A stretch of DNA of 64,000 nt from assembly GCF_011745625.1 (NCBI RefSeq), contig NW_027191486.1:1-64000 (forward strand). Reading direction: 5' to 3'. Below, one piece after another: positions 36,221 through 48,585 of the stretch. Under the pieces are notes generated by a model, which was not told the DNA's origin, searched no databases, and saw only the letters and a list, made by a program, of their open reading frames with translations. This DNA comes from Cladosporium halotolerans. Lineage: Eukaryota. Each line of letters begins with the position of its first letter. The stretch's first letter is position 1. Position numbers and translations under genes: made by a program.

Positions 36221-37086
36221 TCAGTCTCGGCGAGTCACCGCCGGGCTCCTGAAGGACAAGCTACTCTGTCGATGCACCGCCTGGCTCAGTGTACCGTGTC
36301 CCTCGCTCACCATCCGCGTAAGCTGTCCCAAATCTGTCTGGCGAGGCGGGACCACCTTCGACATCCACACCGCCCCAGAGTCCCGCCTAAGCGTGTGCAT
36401 CTGACCCACTTGGGAATAGGCTACTCTGCCGGGAGAAGTCTCCGGGACGAAATCGTCGCTGTAAGGAACCTCTACGTAGCGGCTGTGAGATTTCTTGCGG
36501 ACGACTGGCTGTGAAGTCTCAATGGAATCGAGGCGCTTTGTGGCAGCAGCAAAGTAACGACTTTCGTGGACCTCGACCGCATGGCTATTCCGCCGCGTGT
36601 TTGCAGCGGTGCTCTCCGGTCTGTTGCGCTCGCTAGAGAGGTGAGGCACACTGTTCTTGAGGATGGACCTAGGCTGTGCATTGTCGACGCGATCGGCCTT
36701 CAAGGGGCTCATGGGTTGTTTGATGATGCGATCCAAGTGCTCAATGCAGGCAGTGTCTTCCAGAAGCATATCATCCACTTGAAAGTCGTCCACGATCGGT
36801 TCATTGAGCTCCACTGTTAAAAGCTTGCCTGATATCGAACGAATGTTGCCAGCAGGTAATACTAGACGACGAAAGTCCGGTGCGACACCATTGTGATTAT
36901 GTCGTGGCTTGAACGAGTTCCGTCTGTTGCAATAGGAAGGTCTGGTACTTTGGGGAGTGCTGGGCTCTGGGCTGTGCTCAGGCGAAGAGGGCGAATCGGC
37001 ACGCCCGTCTTCATCCGATATGGAGGCACTATCAGCTGCTTGGAGACCGTCTCCATCGATATAAGTATCTGCTGCTCCGTCGTCGC

Positions 37087-37134
<48 letters not shown>

Positions 37135-38299
37135 ATTCTTCTCCTTCCTCCTCTCCGGTCTCGAGGGAAATGCTAGACTCTCTACGTGGAGCAGAGATTG
37201 AAGAGAGCTGAGCTTGGACAATATGATCGTCCTGATCAAGAAAACTCACGCTCATCGAGCCTCGACTGCCTGGCTGTCGTGACGGCGGAATGATGTTCGA
37301 GGCGTCAATTACGCGGCTTGATCTTTCGTGTTCTTGGATTGCCCTTTGGTCCCCATCTACTTTGAGCTCAAGTCTTCCTTGGGTATTGGGAGAAAATTCA
37401 ACATCGGGCAGTGGGCCACTAACAAGGGTGAGTGCTTGCATTCCCTCGAAGAGGTAGTCATGCTGTCTTGGCTTCCGCGCATTTCCCTTCTGAACTGGGC
37501 GTTCGCGTCTTGAAGTGAGCTCATTGCTATCAAACCCATCACCAATGACCTGTAAGGCCTGACTGCCTGACGCGGTAATCTTTGGGGCGCTCTGATTCTT
37601 TCGCAGGTGCTGAACGGATTTGTATGCCGACGACGGCATCCGAAATCGTTTTCGAATCGCACTCAGCGACACATTGCGTTTCCGTTTCTTTGGTGTTGCA
37701 TCTGAGCCGCTAGAGATGGAGGCGTCTAGCGGCGTTTGTGCTGCAGAAGAGATTGGATCCCTGGCCTCAGTTTTCTTGGGATGCCTTGGAAGTTTGCCTG
37801 TGTGAGTATCTGAGCCGTTACCAGCCACCAAGATGAGCTGGTTGAGAGGAAGACGCCCCTTGCTGACACGATTTGATCTGGGCTTGGCCTTCTTTTTGCT
37901 CGGTTGGGCAGATTGCGGCTGTTTCGAATGTTCTGTCGGAGAGTCTCTCCCTCCCGATGTCAACAAAAGCGGGATAAGGCTCTGGTGAATTGGCTCGGCA
38001 TCAGACAGCGGCAGGTCCTCTGCGTCAGGAAGTACTTGCAACGCAACTGGTGCACGGTCGCGCGCTGGCGAAGCATTTGGCCTTTCATCAGGCCGGTGGA
38101 ATTGATTGCCGCGCTTGAATTGGCTTCCAGTCAAAGGCAGGAGCTTGTTGTTGTGCTTTCCATACGTCGTCTTCGGGGCCGTTGCTGCGATCCTCGCTCG
38201 GGCTGCTGTACGAGTCTCTCTTTGCGCGCTTGTCTGCGGCCGCGAGCCAGAGGTCCGTAACTGCGCTCTGTGACACGGCTCGCTAGCAATCTCTGCCAT
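36221..38299 (-). CDS. Hypothetical low-complexity protein with a basic N-half and an acidic poly-Asp tract
   Basis: 692-aa ATG-initiated ORF filling the intergenic space; no domain recognised. Confidence 0.7.
37087..37134. repeat. (CAT)16 microsatellite encoding poly-Asp on the minus strand
   Basis: Read directly from the sequence. Confidence 0.95.
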
Positions 38300-38685
38300 T
38301 CCGATGTGGCTTATGCACCGCGTAGACCAAATACCTTCAATGCCGCGTGGGCGTCATGAAAGGGGCGGCACATGAGGCGTGAAGTCGAGATAGGCTTTCA
38401 ACATCTTAAGAAGGCGCGCGTCAGCCATAGCCATAGGCTGGATGCCACTTGCCATTCTCAACTGTCCAGTCAGCGAATTGCATACCACCATGTTTGGGAA
38501 ATCTAGCGCGTCAGAGGCTGGTGAGAAAGAAATCTTGGAGATATAGGCGTTTTGTACTAAAGTAAAATTGGCGGAAATCGCACAATTGGTATCTCAAAAT
38601 TAAAAGTCAGCAATAAACGCCCATATATGCCGCTAGCATGACAGCATCAACAATATCCCCAGCCTTATGCTGACAGGTATCTTCT

Positions 38686-39477
38686 TTACATCCTCCTGAT
38701 CTCCGTCTCGCCCTTGTACTTCTCCAAGCCGCCGTTCAGGTGCTCCCACCATTCGAACAGCATGCTCTCGCAGATGAGCTTAAACCACGGAGTGAACTTC
38801 AGCGACGAGTCCTTGAACATATCCTTGAGCTCCTGCGCCGCGACGTATTTCGAGTCGCGCACCTCGTTGGGGTTGATATCGAGGTCGACGTCGGCCTTGA
38901 TGAACAGGATGTAGTCGATCTCGTGCTCGCCCCACTTGCCGTCGCTGGGCGCCTTGTAGTGTATCCTCGTCAGGAAATCGAACTTCTCAATCGGTACCTG
39001 CGCAGGGTTGATGCCGAGCTCCTGCTGCAGCTTGCGCTGCGCCGCGCGCTTCACGCCCTCAATGGCCGCGGGCAGAGTCGCGCCTGTCTCAGTGGGGATG
39101 CCCAAAGGGTGCGAGCAGCATGTGTTTGTCCAGAGGTCGGGGAAAGTGATCTTTTCAGACGCGCGCTGCTGAAGCAGAAGACGGTCCTGGGAGTCGAAAA
39201 GGAAAACGGAGAATGCGCGGTGAAGGAGGCCTTTGTTGATGTTCTCCATCAGATGGCAGATCTTCTTGCTGGCGCTGCCGATAGGAACGTCATTGTCGTC
39301 GAGAACAATGCAGACCTCGTCCATTAGCCGGATCTGCTCCTCATCGTAGCCAGCGAGGTCATCGTCCTGGGTAGCGCTGTTCTGTGTTTGAGCGGCGAGC
39401 TGGGTGTTGATTTCAGGGAAGAGGCGCAGAATGTTGTTGGCACTCTCAGACTGAGTGACGGTAGTAGTGGCGCTCAT
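38686..39477 (-). CDS. IDI1: Isopentenyl-diphosphate delta-isomerase type I
   Basis: LHRAFSVFLF, WTNTCCSHP and WGEHEIDY motifs. Confidence 0.96.
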   Translation of the reverse strand: MSATTTVTQSESANNILRLFPEINTQLAAQTQNSATQDDDLAGYDEEQIRLMDEVCIVLDDNDVPIGSASKKICHLMENINKGLLHRAFSVFLFDSQDRLLLQQRASEKITFPDLWTNTCCSHPLGIPTETGATLPAAIEGVKRAAQRKLQQELGINPAQVPIEKFDFLTRIHYKAPSDGKWGEHEIDYILFIKADVDLDINPNEVRDSKYVAAQELKDMFKDSSLKFTPWFKLICESMLFEWWEHLNGGLEKYKGETEIRRM

Positions 39478-39676
39478 TCTGGTAAGTTGTCGCGTGTATG
39501 TAATGTGTGGTCGTCGTGGGTTGGCCTCCGCAGTCAAGGAGAGTGGCTTGCCCCTCAGTTGAGAAAATAGTGGTTCGAGGCCGATCCAGGAACCGGCTTG
39601 ACTCGCGCAGGGTCCTCATGCAGCCACTTTACCATCTGCGCGTTTGCTCCTTGTAGTCCGCCGTAACTGCAGGGGG

Positions 39677-39682
39677 ACGCGT
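39677..39682. promoter_or_regulatory. MCB element (ACGCGT) in the IDI1/MCM6 divergent promoter
   Basis: ACGCGT followed by ACGCGCGCG, about 140 bp upstream of the MCM6 ATG. Confidence 0.5.
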
Positions 39683-39819
39683 TTCACGCGCGCGCTTCTG
39701 GCGTCGAATTTCCGTAGCAACCCAACAGCCCCTCCTCCGAGACTTGTGTATACCGACTGCAGAAAGGCAACGAGGCAGTCACATCGGACTCGCACGCATC
39801 GCACACCACTTAAACCGCC

Positions 39820-42800
39820 ATGTCTTCGATCGTGGACGGCTATGCCTCGACGCCGCGCGAGCCGCGCAGCGATGCCCCTTCACAAGCGCCTTCGCAAGCT
39901 CCTTCGTCCAGATCAAGACAGAATGGCCGTTCCTCGTCACGACCAAGAGCACCGAACTCGATCATGGGAACACCAGCTGCATTCAGCGATGCGCCGTTCG
40001 CAGATGATGAGGTTATTGGAAGAGTACCGCGAAGACAGGTTCCGGGAGCAGACATCCCCAGAGTTGTAGACGCTACAGGAGAGAGTTTGTCAGACAGGTT
40101 CCAGGAGTTCCTTGAGGAGTATGCGCGATCGTCCGAGAGTATTGAGCTCAATTGACAAATGAACAGGTTCACCGAAGACCCTACACCTTCAGCAGCGCCC
40201 GCCTCCAGCGCGGTGACAACGAACAGATACTACATTGCGCAGATCCACGGCCTTGCGCAATTCCAACTGTCGACGCTTTATATTGACTTCACGCATATCA
40301 TGAACCACGGAGAGGGTGTTCTGTCAGGCGCCATCCAGGGCGACTTCTACCGATATCAGCCCTACATGCTCAGAGCTGTGCACAACTTGATTGCAAAGTA
40401 CGAGCCGCAATATTTCAGAGAGCACAGGCAGCCCGGATCTACGACCGCAAGAACCGATACCTCTTTGGCCAACAACAGCATGAGCGAGGAGGACGACCTT
40501 CACAAGAAGACGCCCAATCAGCAGACGGACAAGATATTTGCGCTCGCGTTCTACAATCTGCCCTTGGTCTCGAGGGTGCGACAACTTCGCACTGAGCAGA
40601 TCGGCAAGCTGGTCTCGATGTCTGGTACCGTGACAAGAACTTCCGAAGTGCGACCTGAACTGCATTTGGCAACCTTCATCTGCGAGGTGTGCAACAACGT
40701 TGTACCAGACGTTGAGCAGATTTTCAAGTACACGGAGCCAACACAATGCCCGAACGCGACTTGCATGAACCGTCTGGGGTGGAGACTGGACATCCGACAG
40801 AGCACATTCATCGACTGGCAGAAAGTGCGCATCCAGGAGAACAGCTCTGAGATTCCGACAGGAAGCATGCCCAGGACAATGGATGTGATTCTGCGCGGCG
40901 AAATGGTCGACAGAGCCAAGGCTGGCGAGAAGTGTGTTTTCACGGGAACTCTGATTGTGGTTCCGGACGTTAGCCAGTTCAGAGTGCCAGGGAGCCGGGT
41001 ACAAGCAGTGCGCGACACCCAAGGCGGCAACAGCGACGCCGGAGGCACCGGTGTAGGTGGTCTGAGGGCACTTGGTGTCCGCGATCTGACGTACCGTATG
41101 GCATTCCTCGCCAACATGGTCACGCCGGATATGACCACTCAGGGACAGAAGCCCAATCAGAACCTGAAGGGTCAAGCGGGCAACATCTTGACGTCTCTGA
41201 ACCAGATGGTGGATGTCGGCGATGGTACCGGTGACGAGGCTCAGCAGGCGTATCTGGATACCTTGACGCCTGCCGAGATTGAGGATCTGAGGAAGATGGT
41301 GCAGATGCCCAACATCTTCATGCGACTAGTGGACTCGATCGCTCCTATGATCTACGGTCATACCGTTGTCAAGAAAGGTTTGCTGTTGCAGCTGATGGGA
41401 GGTGTGAGCAAGGTGACACCTGAGGGCATGGCTCTTCGTGGAGACATCAACATCTGCATTGTTGGTGATCCTAGTACCAGCAAGTCGCAGTTCCTGAAGT
41501 ACATCTGCTCGTTTCTTCCTAGAGCTGTGTACACCTCTGGAAAAGCTTCTTCTGCAGCTGGTCTCACAGCTGCTGTGGTCAAGGATGAGGAGACCGGCGA
41601 ATTCACCATCGAAGCCGGTGCGCTCATGCTTGCAGACAACGGCATTTGCGCCATTGACGAGTTCGACAAGATGGATGTTGCCGACCAGGTCGCCATCCAC
41701 GAAGCTATGGAGCAGCAGACGATCTCCATCGCAAAGGCTGGCATCCAAGCCACCCTCAACGCGCGCACCAGCATTCTGGCTGCAGCCAACCCCGTTGGCG
41801 GCCGCTACAACCGCAAGACGACTCTGAGAGCCAACATCAACATGAGCGCACCCATCATGTCCCGTTTCGATCTGTTCTTCGTCGTCCTCGACGAATGCAA
41901 CGAGCAGATCGACGACCACCTCGCCCGCCACATTGTCGGCATCCACCAATTGAAGGACGATGCCGTAGAGCCCGAATTCAGCACCGAGCAGTTGCAGCGC
42001 TACATCCGCTTCGCACGCCTGTTCCAGCCCGTCTTCACGGACGAGGCCAAGGTGACGCTTGTGGAGAGGTACAAGGAGCTCCGTTCCGACGACGCGCAGG
42101 GCGGCATCGGCAGGAACTCATACCGCATCACGGTCAGACAGCTGGAGTCGCTCGTCCGGCTCAGTGAGGCCATCGCCAAAGCCACTTGCGTCGACCAGAT
42201 CACGCCCGAGTTCGTTGACGAGGCCTACAGACTTCTTAAGCAGAGTATCATCAGTGTCGAGAAGGATGACGTCGAGTTCGAGGATGAGGAAGACGCCGTG
42301 CTGGCCGACGCCATCGAGGGTGCGGACGGCGACCTGGACGACGGTGATTCTCCTATGGCTGGCGATGACCCCGAGGAGGAAGCTGGCCCATCTGGTTCTG
42401 TCAGGGCATCCGCCACACCTGCGCCTGCACCCAGGCAAAGGACCCAGATCAAGTACGACGACTACATCAAGATTCACAACATGCTCCTGCACAGGGTCAA
42501 CGACGACCAAAGCGCAGCAGAGGACGGTGTCGAAGAAGAGGATCTGCTGGTTTGGTACCTCGAGCAGAAGGAAGCCGAGCTGCAAAGCCAGGAGGACATG
42601 GAGACGCAGAAGAGCCTGGCCAGGAAGGTGCTGAAGAAGATGGTGAAGGTATGTTTCTCCCCACCCTCCAACATCTCATGTCGATCAAAGCTAACACACT
42701 TTCTCGCAGACAAACATACTCCTCCAAATCAGAGGCGAAGGTCTAGCCGACGAAGCCGGCGACGGCCTGCAAGAAGACAGGGTGATGTACGTGGTGCATC

Positions 42801-42832
42801 CCAACTGCGTCGTTGACGATATCGGATCATGA
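39820..42832 (+). CDS. MCM6: DNA replication licensing helicase subunit Mcm6; introns near 40119-40167 and 42649-42709
   Basis: GDPSTSKSQFL, IDEFDKM, MSRFDL, zinc finger, C-terminal YVVHPNC. Confidence 0.96.
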
Positions 42833-43152
42833 TTCTGGCGTGGCTTGCATAAGTGGAATTGCAGCGAGGTGTTACGGGAGGGAAAGTATAGGATCATGAC
42901 TGAACGTGTGGGCTTTGTGATATCCGATGGCGTTTGCGGCGTATGGAACTGTCAAATTTTCAACATTGAATATATCCCGAGTTTATCTTCCACCAGGCAC
43001 TGAACCCACTTTCCGTGATCATGGGCGAACAACTCACTACAACACGAAATAACCAACACTGCAGAGAGCAAGATTGATCACAGACAATGGTGATTTTCAT
43101 ACAAAGTCATAGCCAGTCCGGCGTAATTACCTAAGCACCAAAATCCATCATC

Positions 43153-43501
43153 TTAGGAGGACTGGCCACCCTTTGCACCAGCCTCCTTGGCCTTCTGGCT
43201 GCCCTTCTCGAAGCTGCCACTGCTGGCCTGGCCACCCTGGGAGGCGATATCTTGCTATAGATATGGTCAGGCACTGTGTTGCACACCAAAGGTCGCTACT
43301 CGACTACTTACCACCTTCTCCTTAGCCATGGAGGCCTATGGGTTACTCCACGTTAGTATTGACCTAGGCTAGCAACAAGACTTCGGATACACCTACAAAT
43401 CCGGAGTTCTCGGTTCCGGTCTGGCCGCCCTTGGAGGCAATGTTGGAGACCTCCTCCTGGGGACGGTTGGCGAAGTTACCGGGGTTGGAGTTGTCGGCCA
43501 T
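43153..43501 (-). CDS. con-10: CON-10-like conidiation/stress protein with KGG repeats; 2 introns
   Basis: MADNSNPGNFANRPQEEVSNIASKGG..GF|ASM..IASQGGQASSGSFEKGS..EAGAKGG. Confidence 0.88.
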
Positions 43502-44218
43502 TGTGAAAGTTGCGTTGATTAGAATTCGCTTGCGTTTTTGATCGAGTGATGAAGAGCAGTTTGTTGCAGTGTGAGGAAAAGGCATCGAATTCAGCGACCT
43601 TTCCTGTCTATTTATGGGCGTCCAACTCCTCCAGAGAGATCAATGATGCCATGGGCTGGACGGCATCATGACGAGGACGTTGACGTACAATTGACGGGAG
43701 TTGCTATGAACATCGCGCTTACACGCATTGTTGATCCATGGGATCCAAACACCAACTGCGGCTGGCATCTAAAAGGGCAATCATCGACATGATGCATCTG
43801 ACGCGTGCTATGCGCTATGTTTGCGATGTAGTGGTGGTGATGGCATAAGCGCGTAAAGTGCTCGCGTCTGGCCCGCGATGACACGATGACTTGTGGGGTG
43901 AGATCCGGCGATTGTTGCTCCGCCCTGTTGAAATGCCTACACCTGAATCAAATTACTGAGTGGCTCATTGGTCAGTATCGATGGTCTGCTGTTACTCACG
44001 TGTTCGACATCTCGGCTGATGTTCACGGGCAAGCATAGCAAAGATGTGCTTTGCCCGTTGGTGAGTGACTGTCCCTCGTGAGAACAGCCGAATGATCGAG
44101 CAATGTTTGTTTCGTCATCAAGGGAACATATTCAAATGATGAACCGATTCGAAAGGCCCTTGCAATGCATTCGCCAACATCGCGTTGCCGTGTCGCATGG
44201 CAGCCGGATGTGATGCTG

Positions 44219-44235
44219 CCCTAACCCTAACCCTA
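44219..44235 (+). repeat. Interstitial telomere-like repeat
   Basis: CCCTAA CCCTAA CCCTA. Confidence 0.7.
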
Positions 44236-44876
44236 CTTACTCTCCCCTAGCTCTTGGATGCCCCTATTGTTTCCTCGTGGCAGGGTCAATGTATAAACTT
44301 CTGTCGTACAAAGGCATCTCGACTTTAATTATTAGTCAAACTAACCAAGGTTCACCGTATCGCTCCTCGTTTTATCTCCTAAAGTGAGCGCTTGCTGCCG
44401 TTAGCACGATCATTCCGAACGCAAGCAGAATCGCCGTTTTGAATGTCCATCGCCCCTCGAAAGCACTGCAGACGGGTGTAAATGGTAGCAAAGATTCACC
44501 AGGGGAGTCACGGAGTGTCACATGTCAATTTCGTTGGGTTTTGTCGCGAGACGATTGCCTTGTTAGAATTCGGCGATATTGAGCATCTGTCTGTCGGCGC
44601 TCACGGCCCTTGCGGAGGATAACGCTGGCCATCAATGATGCCTAACATGTATACGCAGGAGGGTATGTGCCTTGCACGAGAGCTGCTTGATCGATGTGGC
44701 TTCCAGTGACTCTAGTGGAGACGTTTCGATAGCGAGCAGGAGAGTTGAGATGAAATCTTCGCAAACCTCTCTCACACCTCAGTTACTCAAAACGAGACAA
44801 TTCTCCCTCGAGTTGCCCGAACACTCTGAATATCACCGCAAAGGCAAAAAAGATGGGTTATATGCACCGTTGTGGA

Positions 44877-44974
44877 TAGTCCTACCCGGGATCGAACCGG
44901 GGTTGTCGGAATTCTGATGTTCCTGCGAACAGGATGCTTCAAAATCCGAAGTGCTGCCCCTACACCATAGAACT
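44877..44974 (-). tRNA. tRNA-Gln(UUG) with a 27-nt intron
   Basis: Acceptor AGTTCTA/TAGGACT, anticodon arm TCGGA-TT-TTG-A..T-TCCGA, T arm CCCGG-TTCGATC-CCGGG, T6 terminator at 44846-44851. Confidence 0.93.
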
Positions 44975-45771
44975 GAACTGATGACTATGCCCTGTCATAA
45001 CCACATATATACCTTGATCAAAACGATCGAGCGCCGGATAGGTCGCACCTGATGACCGCGAAATGTCGCGTCTACATGGCTTCACCGTTGAGATATTCCA
45101 GTCCAAAGTGAGAAGCATACCCGAATTCAGTTCGGAACTCACGTGAAGCCTGCTTTGGCATCCGTCTTTGCGGGCGGCTGTCCCCGAACATGATGGCTAC
45201 AGGTGACCCTTTTACCCACCTTTGCGCTATGGCTTGTTCCCTGGAGCACTCGGGGGGACGTGAGCTCTGCAACACCATCTCGGTCATCCAGCACGATATG
45301 ACACAAAACTTTTGTTATGGCGTTCATATACATGGGTGAAGCCTCGGTTCAGCGAACACTAGAAAGCACTCAACACCTACACCAGAAAGGAGTGATGCCC
45401 ATAATGGTCTGCTTACGAACGAGGTAGCTAATGCCTACGCAGGTATTAACCCTCATGGTCCGTGGCTGTGCAGGTGGATCAGGAATGAAGGTGCTGTAGC
45501 CTACCCAGTGTCAACGTCCACAGACACTTGGCAGGAACGCGATTCTCGCAGCTGGCGGTGGTTGGTTGAGTCAAGCAGAATGGACGCATGCGTTCGAGTA
45601 TGAATTTTCTGAGCTTGAGCGCTGGTGAGGTTGGTAGCTTTTGTCAGATGGTGGTAGTATCTAGAGTCCCGGCGCGATGCCTATGCACGTATGTCATATG
45701 TCTGTGTGTCTCCATGTCGACGTACGATTGTTGCGCCTCTTTGTGTGCTAGCATGACCGATCAAACCCTTC

Positions 45772-47336
45772 TCACAGCTCTCCGTGTGATGAAGAGGCAC
45801 TAGAAGCAACACTAGCAGCAGTCTCCGTAGCGCTCTTCAGCAGCTCTTCCGCCGCCTTAGCCTGATCCGTGTCGATCGCCCACCACATCACCTTCATCGT
45901 GAGCGCAATAGCCGGGATAGCGATAGCCAAGATCCAAAGAAGCGCGTACAGCCACTCCGGCATGACCTTCGGCCGCGCATCTGTGCTCTGCACGACTCTT
46001 TGGATCTCGTGATCGAACAGCTGAGTCATCTTCGTCTGGCTGAACTCCGCGAGCACTCGCTCCCTGCCGCTCTGGCCCATCTTCTTAAGGCCATCGGCGC
46101 TGGAAGGAATGAGCGGCTTCCGCATGACGTCCGTCCACTGTTCAGTCTTGCTGGGGCTCCTGAGCCAGCCGGTGCGACCGTCGTAGATCGTTTCGAGCGG
46201 GCCGCCAGTGTTCGTCGCAAGGACTGGTACACCAGCAAGCATGGCCTCGAGCGGCACGATGCCGAAATGCTCATTTGTGGGCGTATAGACGAGGAGGCTT
46301 GCTGACTGAAGCAGGCGGGCCTTCAGATCTTGCGGCACGGAAAGCAGGAAGAGAACATCCACGTCTTCGGTTGAGAGGTCGGTGAGAGAGGTGTCTTGCG
46401 GCTTGAATGTGGCGTGCGTGAGCTTCAGTGACTCTGCAAGCCCCTGCAGAGCCTTGTGCGTCCGCACGTTCTCGTGAATAGCCGAGTCGTAACCTCCAGC
46501 AATGACGAGGCTCGCTTTGCTTCTCTCCTGCGCGGAAAGACCAGCATAAGCCTCGACTGCTAGCGACAGGTCTTTCTTGCCTTCGAATCTGTTGATGCTG
46601 AGTAAGAGCTTCTTGTCCGGCCACAGGGATTGCGCGTCGCTCGGCTCGCTTGCCTTGGTGTCTACACAAGGGTAGATCACGCGAAGCGCGCGAAGTCGGA
46701 ACCAAGGGAACGTCGAGCGGTAGACGCTTCGAGTATATTTACTGTTGACCACGATAGAATCCGAGCAGCCAGTGCTCCATTCCTCCACCGCATCAAATGG
46801 CACGCGGTAGGCACGCTTAATGTGCTTCGTCCAGCCTTGGTCTTGCTTGACCAGAAGCCGATCAGGGTAGTGACCGTAGAAGAGTACTTTCGCCTGGGGA
46901 TAAATGATGCGAAAGAGAGGGACACAGACGCTCAGTTGGTCCACGAAGATCACATCAGGCGCCAGCGCCTTCAGCTCCGATGAAAACAGACCGGCACTGA
47001 GAACCAATGCGATCTGTCTTAAGATAGCGCACAAGATCATGAAGCGTCCGCCAATGGACTGTGGGAAAATGCGATCTCCGCGTACGCGAACATCGAGGGT
47101 GCCTTGAAAATTATACTTAGCCTTTGATTGCGTGGCTACTTGCTGATACCGCTTGACCTACCATCTCTAGCTTCGTCGAAGCAATGGTTGGTATCGCGGT
47201 AAGAGGTCAAGATCGTGACCTTGTGTCCTGAGGATTGCAGTCCTACGGCCGCATCGATGACCAAGCGTTCTGCGCCTCCTATACCAAGGTCAGGATGTAC
47301 GAAGACAATACTTTTCGGGCCCCCAGGCGTTGTCAT
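45772..47336 (-). CDS. ALG2: Alpha-1,3/1,6-mannosyltransferase (GT4); intron 47103-47161
   Basis: HPDLGIGGAERL, HCFDE, LSINRFE, EHFGIVPLEAM. Confidence 0.95.
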
Positions 47337-48079
47337 CCTTGCGAGCACCAGCGGGGTCAGGTCTGCGGCAGGATGGTAGGAGCGTGGTTGGCGCCAGAAG
47401 TACTGCGAAGTTCTGTTCTCAGTTCTGGTTCGCTGCGCCATCGGCCAAACAGCTGTCTACAACTTGGCGGGTGCTACAGCCGTTCCAGCGAGATGGCGCT
47501 AAGCCGAATGTGGTAGGGAGACCTCGTCCTCTGCAAGATTGACGACCACGATTTGACATGCTTGAGCCCGCCATGCCTCGCGTGAGCCTTTTCTTCTTTA
47601 CCTACAGCACCTTTATCTGACGGCCGTATTAATTTCAGCATGCGAGTATAGAATCTAGTCGTCGTTGACGCAAGATGCTGAAGAATCCACACGTTCATTG
47701 GCACCACCTGAGGCTGGAGGCTCGGCCGAAACCCAAGGCATTCGCATCTCCTGGGACCGAGCTATCCCAGGCTCACCGCCATGATGTGGTAGATGCGTGT
47801 CTTATATCCTTCATCATGGTAGGTATTGCTGCCCACGAGGCTGAGCACAATGCGGCCAAGCTCATCCTGCAGGTTAGATAACCGCAGCGTTCAATGCGAC
47901 GAGAAATGCTCACGCAGTAAATTTTTCAGTCGAAGGTTCCCATATATATTGTGTGCTCTTCATTGTGTTCCCTAGACTCGCCAGCCCAGTTCAAGCTTCA
48001 TGATTGATCACTGGCCTATACGGCAACTTAGTATCTCCATTTACTTTGTGTATATGTTTGTCACTGCAAAGGCCTCACA

Positions 48080-48585
48080 ATGGCGATCCACAAGCACAAC
48101 GATAACTCAAACGTAATTATCCGCTCCCTTCGCAAATTAACAACCCAGTTGGCTTCATGGAAAGCTACAACGCAATCCCGGCCTTCATCTGCCTAGGCTA
48201 CCTCTTCGCATTTTGCCTGGCCGAAGTCCAGAAATTCAGCGTAGGGAGCTCCTAGGCTAACGACAATACTCCTGGGGAGGCTTGGGCTTATAAATCCCAC
48301 TGCTCCTTGTACAAGTTCTGCCTGACTATGCACATCATCGTAGTGATCCCAGCAGGACTCCTCGCCACGCTGCAATTCATCCCGAACATCCGCTACAAGC
48401 TCTTCATCTTCCACCGACTAAATGGCTATATCGTAATGCTTCTTATGCTTCTATTGTCAATCACGGGCATCATCATCAGCAAAGTCTCCTTCGGCGGCGA
48501 CTTCGCGAAGCAAGTCTTCGCGGGCTTCTTCGGCATCGTGGTTATGCTCAGCATGGCGCTGGCATACACGAACATCAATCGCTCC
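48080..48585 (+). pseudogene. Decayed DUF2306-family membrane protein gene
   Basis: RK.YNPVGF-like N-terminus with a frameshift near 48138 and TAG at 48253-48255. H..IPAGLL..QFIP.IR..FHRLNGY follows, and similarity ends after LAYTNI. Confidence 0.65.

Noticed and set aside
38686..39477. Secondary-metabolite cluster around IDI1
   Set aside because: Neighbours are housekeeping genes; no terpene synthase, PKS or NRPS in the window.
44219..44235. Telomerase RNA template
   Set aside because: Nearly three repeats is longer than the usual template of about 1.5 repeats. The gap is short for a filamentous-ascomycete TER and I saw no pseudoknot or CR4/5.
45041..45085. Hammerhead-like CTGATGA..GAAA
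   Set aside because: Stem II cannot form, the cleavage triplet would be AUG rather than NUH, and there is no stem I.
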